64,000 nt of DNA from Candidatus Yanofskybacteria bacterium CG10_big_fil_rev_8_21_14_0_10_36_16 (GTDB lineage: Bacteria > Patescibacteriota > Minisyncoccia > 2-02-FULL-40-12 > IGHO2-01-FULL-4-A). The notes beneath the pieces were generated by a model. The model made no database searches. It saw only the letters and a program-made list of their open reading frames with translations, and was not told where the DNA came from. This document shows, one piece after another, positions 63,400 through 64,000 of the stretch (position 1 is the first letter of the stretch; every line of letters begins with the position of its first letter). The translations under genes were made by a program, and so were the position numbers. The stretch covers positions 3,256-67,255 of the forward strand of contig PCXQ01000001.1 of assembly GCA_002794035.1 (NCBI GenBank). The letters are read 5' to 3'.

Positions 63400-63590
63400 G
63401 CAAGAATTTCTATTCCTGCGTCATGTGGCACTTTTTATCCATTCGACTCCTCCTCGACAAGCTCGGAGCCGCTCAGGATAAACGTTGTCTCGGTCTAACG
63501 CTCGTGACAACGTTTATATCCCAGTACCAGAACCTGCGGTTCGGTACGGGACTGCACTCGCTAAATGTAGCTATATAAAATTTCAGCTCG
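63400..63590. repeat. Cluster of GC-rich palindromic repeat units downstream of secA
   Basis: ggataaacgttgtc...gacaacgtttatatcc and cccagtaccagaacc-tgc-ggttcggtacggg hairpins. The segment tccattcgactcctcctcgacaagctcggagccgctcagg resembles the in-frame inserts in ychF and cysS. Confidence 0.6.
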
Positions 63591-63598
63591 CTTGTTTT

Positions 63599-64000
63599 TT
63601 ATCCTTTATGATGAGGAGCATTTATCATTCCGCACTTTTTCCATTTATATAGTTGTCCTGTATTAGGATTGGTTGCTCCGCATGGACAGGGATCGTTTCG
63701 GCCTACCTTTTGAGTATTTTTGATCGGTTTAGAATTGTTTTGGTTTTGGTTGTTTGGATTTTGAGTTTGGGGTTTTGGATTTTCAAAAATGTTTGCTCTC
63801 CCTTCCTTTGTCTCTTGTCTCTGGGGTTTTTTTAATATTGTTACCTTAAATATTGTATTTGCGACTTGAGTACTTATTGTTTGTTGTAATTCTTTAAACA
63901 ATCTTTGCCCTTCAACTTTATACTCAACCAGAGGATCTTTTTGGCCATAAGCACGAAGGCGAACAGAATCACGAAGCTGTTCCATTGTTTCAATGTGATC
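63599..64000 (-). CDS. secA: Preprotein translocase SecA, C-terminal part (gene runs off the right window edge)
   Basis: DHIETMEQLRDSVRLRAYGQKDPLVEYK matches the SecA helical scaffold. C-terminal KVGRNDPCPCG zinc-finger motif. Frame is open to base 64000. Confidence 0.9.
   Translation of the reverse strand, partial: DHIETMEQLRDSVRLRAYGQKDPLVEYKVEGQRLFKELQQTISTQVANTIFKVTILKKPQRQETKEGRANIFENPKPQTQNPNNQNQNNSKPIKNTQKVGRNDPCPCGATNPNTGQLYKWKKCGMINAPHHKG

Overview
The window is a low-GC bacterial chromosome segment with compact housekeeping genes. These cover cell wall (murE, femAB-like, murG, murC, mraY, S11 carboxypeptidase), heat shock (hrcA-grpE, hsp20, dnaK, dnaJ, with one perfect CIRCE operator), repair (ruvA, uvrB), translation and secretion (cysS, aspS, frr, ychF, secA 3' end), and one tRNA-Leu(CAA). 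I found no rRNA and no CRISPR array. The gene content and style suggest an uncultivated streamlined bacterium (CPR/Patescibacteria-like), but this is inference only.

The main accessory feature is an insertion of about 18 kb between murC (ends 31255) and ychF (starts 49635). Its left part (32.7-43.8 kb, minus strand) is a nine-gene, almost gap-free block. In transcription order it holds a small membrane protein, Type III Mod, a HEPN protein, a 131-aa orphan, Type III Res, a DUF262/DUF1524 (GmrSD-like) protein, a PIF1/RecD-like SF1 helicase, a membrane-anchored NERD nuclease-like protein and a 348-aa protein with four CxxC pairs. A structured leader lies at its 5' end, and a structured non-coding tail of about 385 nt lies at its 3' end. 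I could not match this combination to a described defence system, and it is my top candidate for a novel system. The right part (44.0-49.7 kb, plus strand) looks like an integrative-element backbone, with a CHC2 primase-finger protein, a P-loop replication-type protein, small ORFs and a large serine recombinase whose ORF runs 68 nt into ychF.

Second-tier observations:
- Three genes (mraY, the iscA-like gene, ychF) are each followed by a short insert and then a second copy of their own 3' end.
- GC-rich palindromic repeat units occur in intergenic regions and, in frame, inside essential genes (ychF, cysS, uvrB, aspS, and a 65-codon insert in murC).
- A ~60% GC stretch of about 330 bp carries its own promoter, RBS, 76-codon ORF and terminator.
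- TTTGG/CCAAA palindromic arrays lie upstream of dnaJ and hsp20.
- Unusual proteins include a presenilin/SPP-like protease next to a pilin-like protein, a cytidylyltransferase-DAC fusion, and a spermidine-synthase-like/M28 fusion.

All calls rest on motif recognition by eye. No database search was run.
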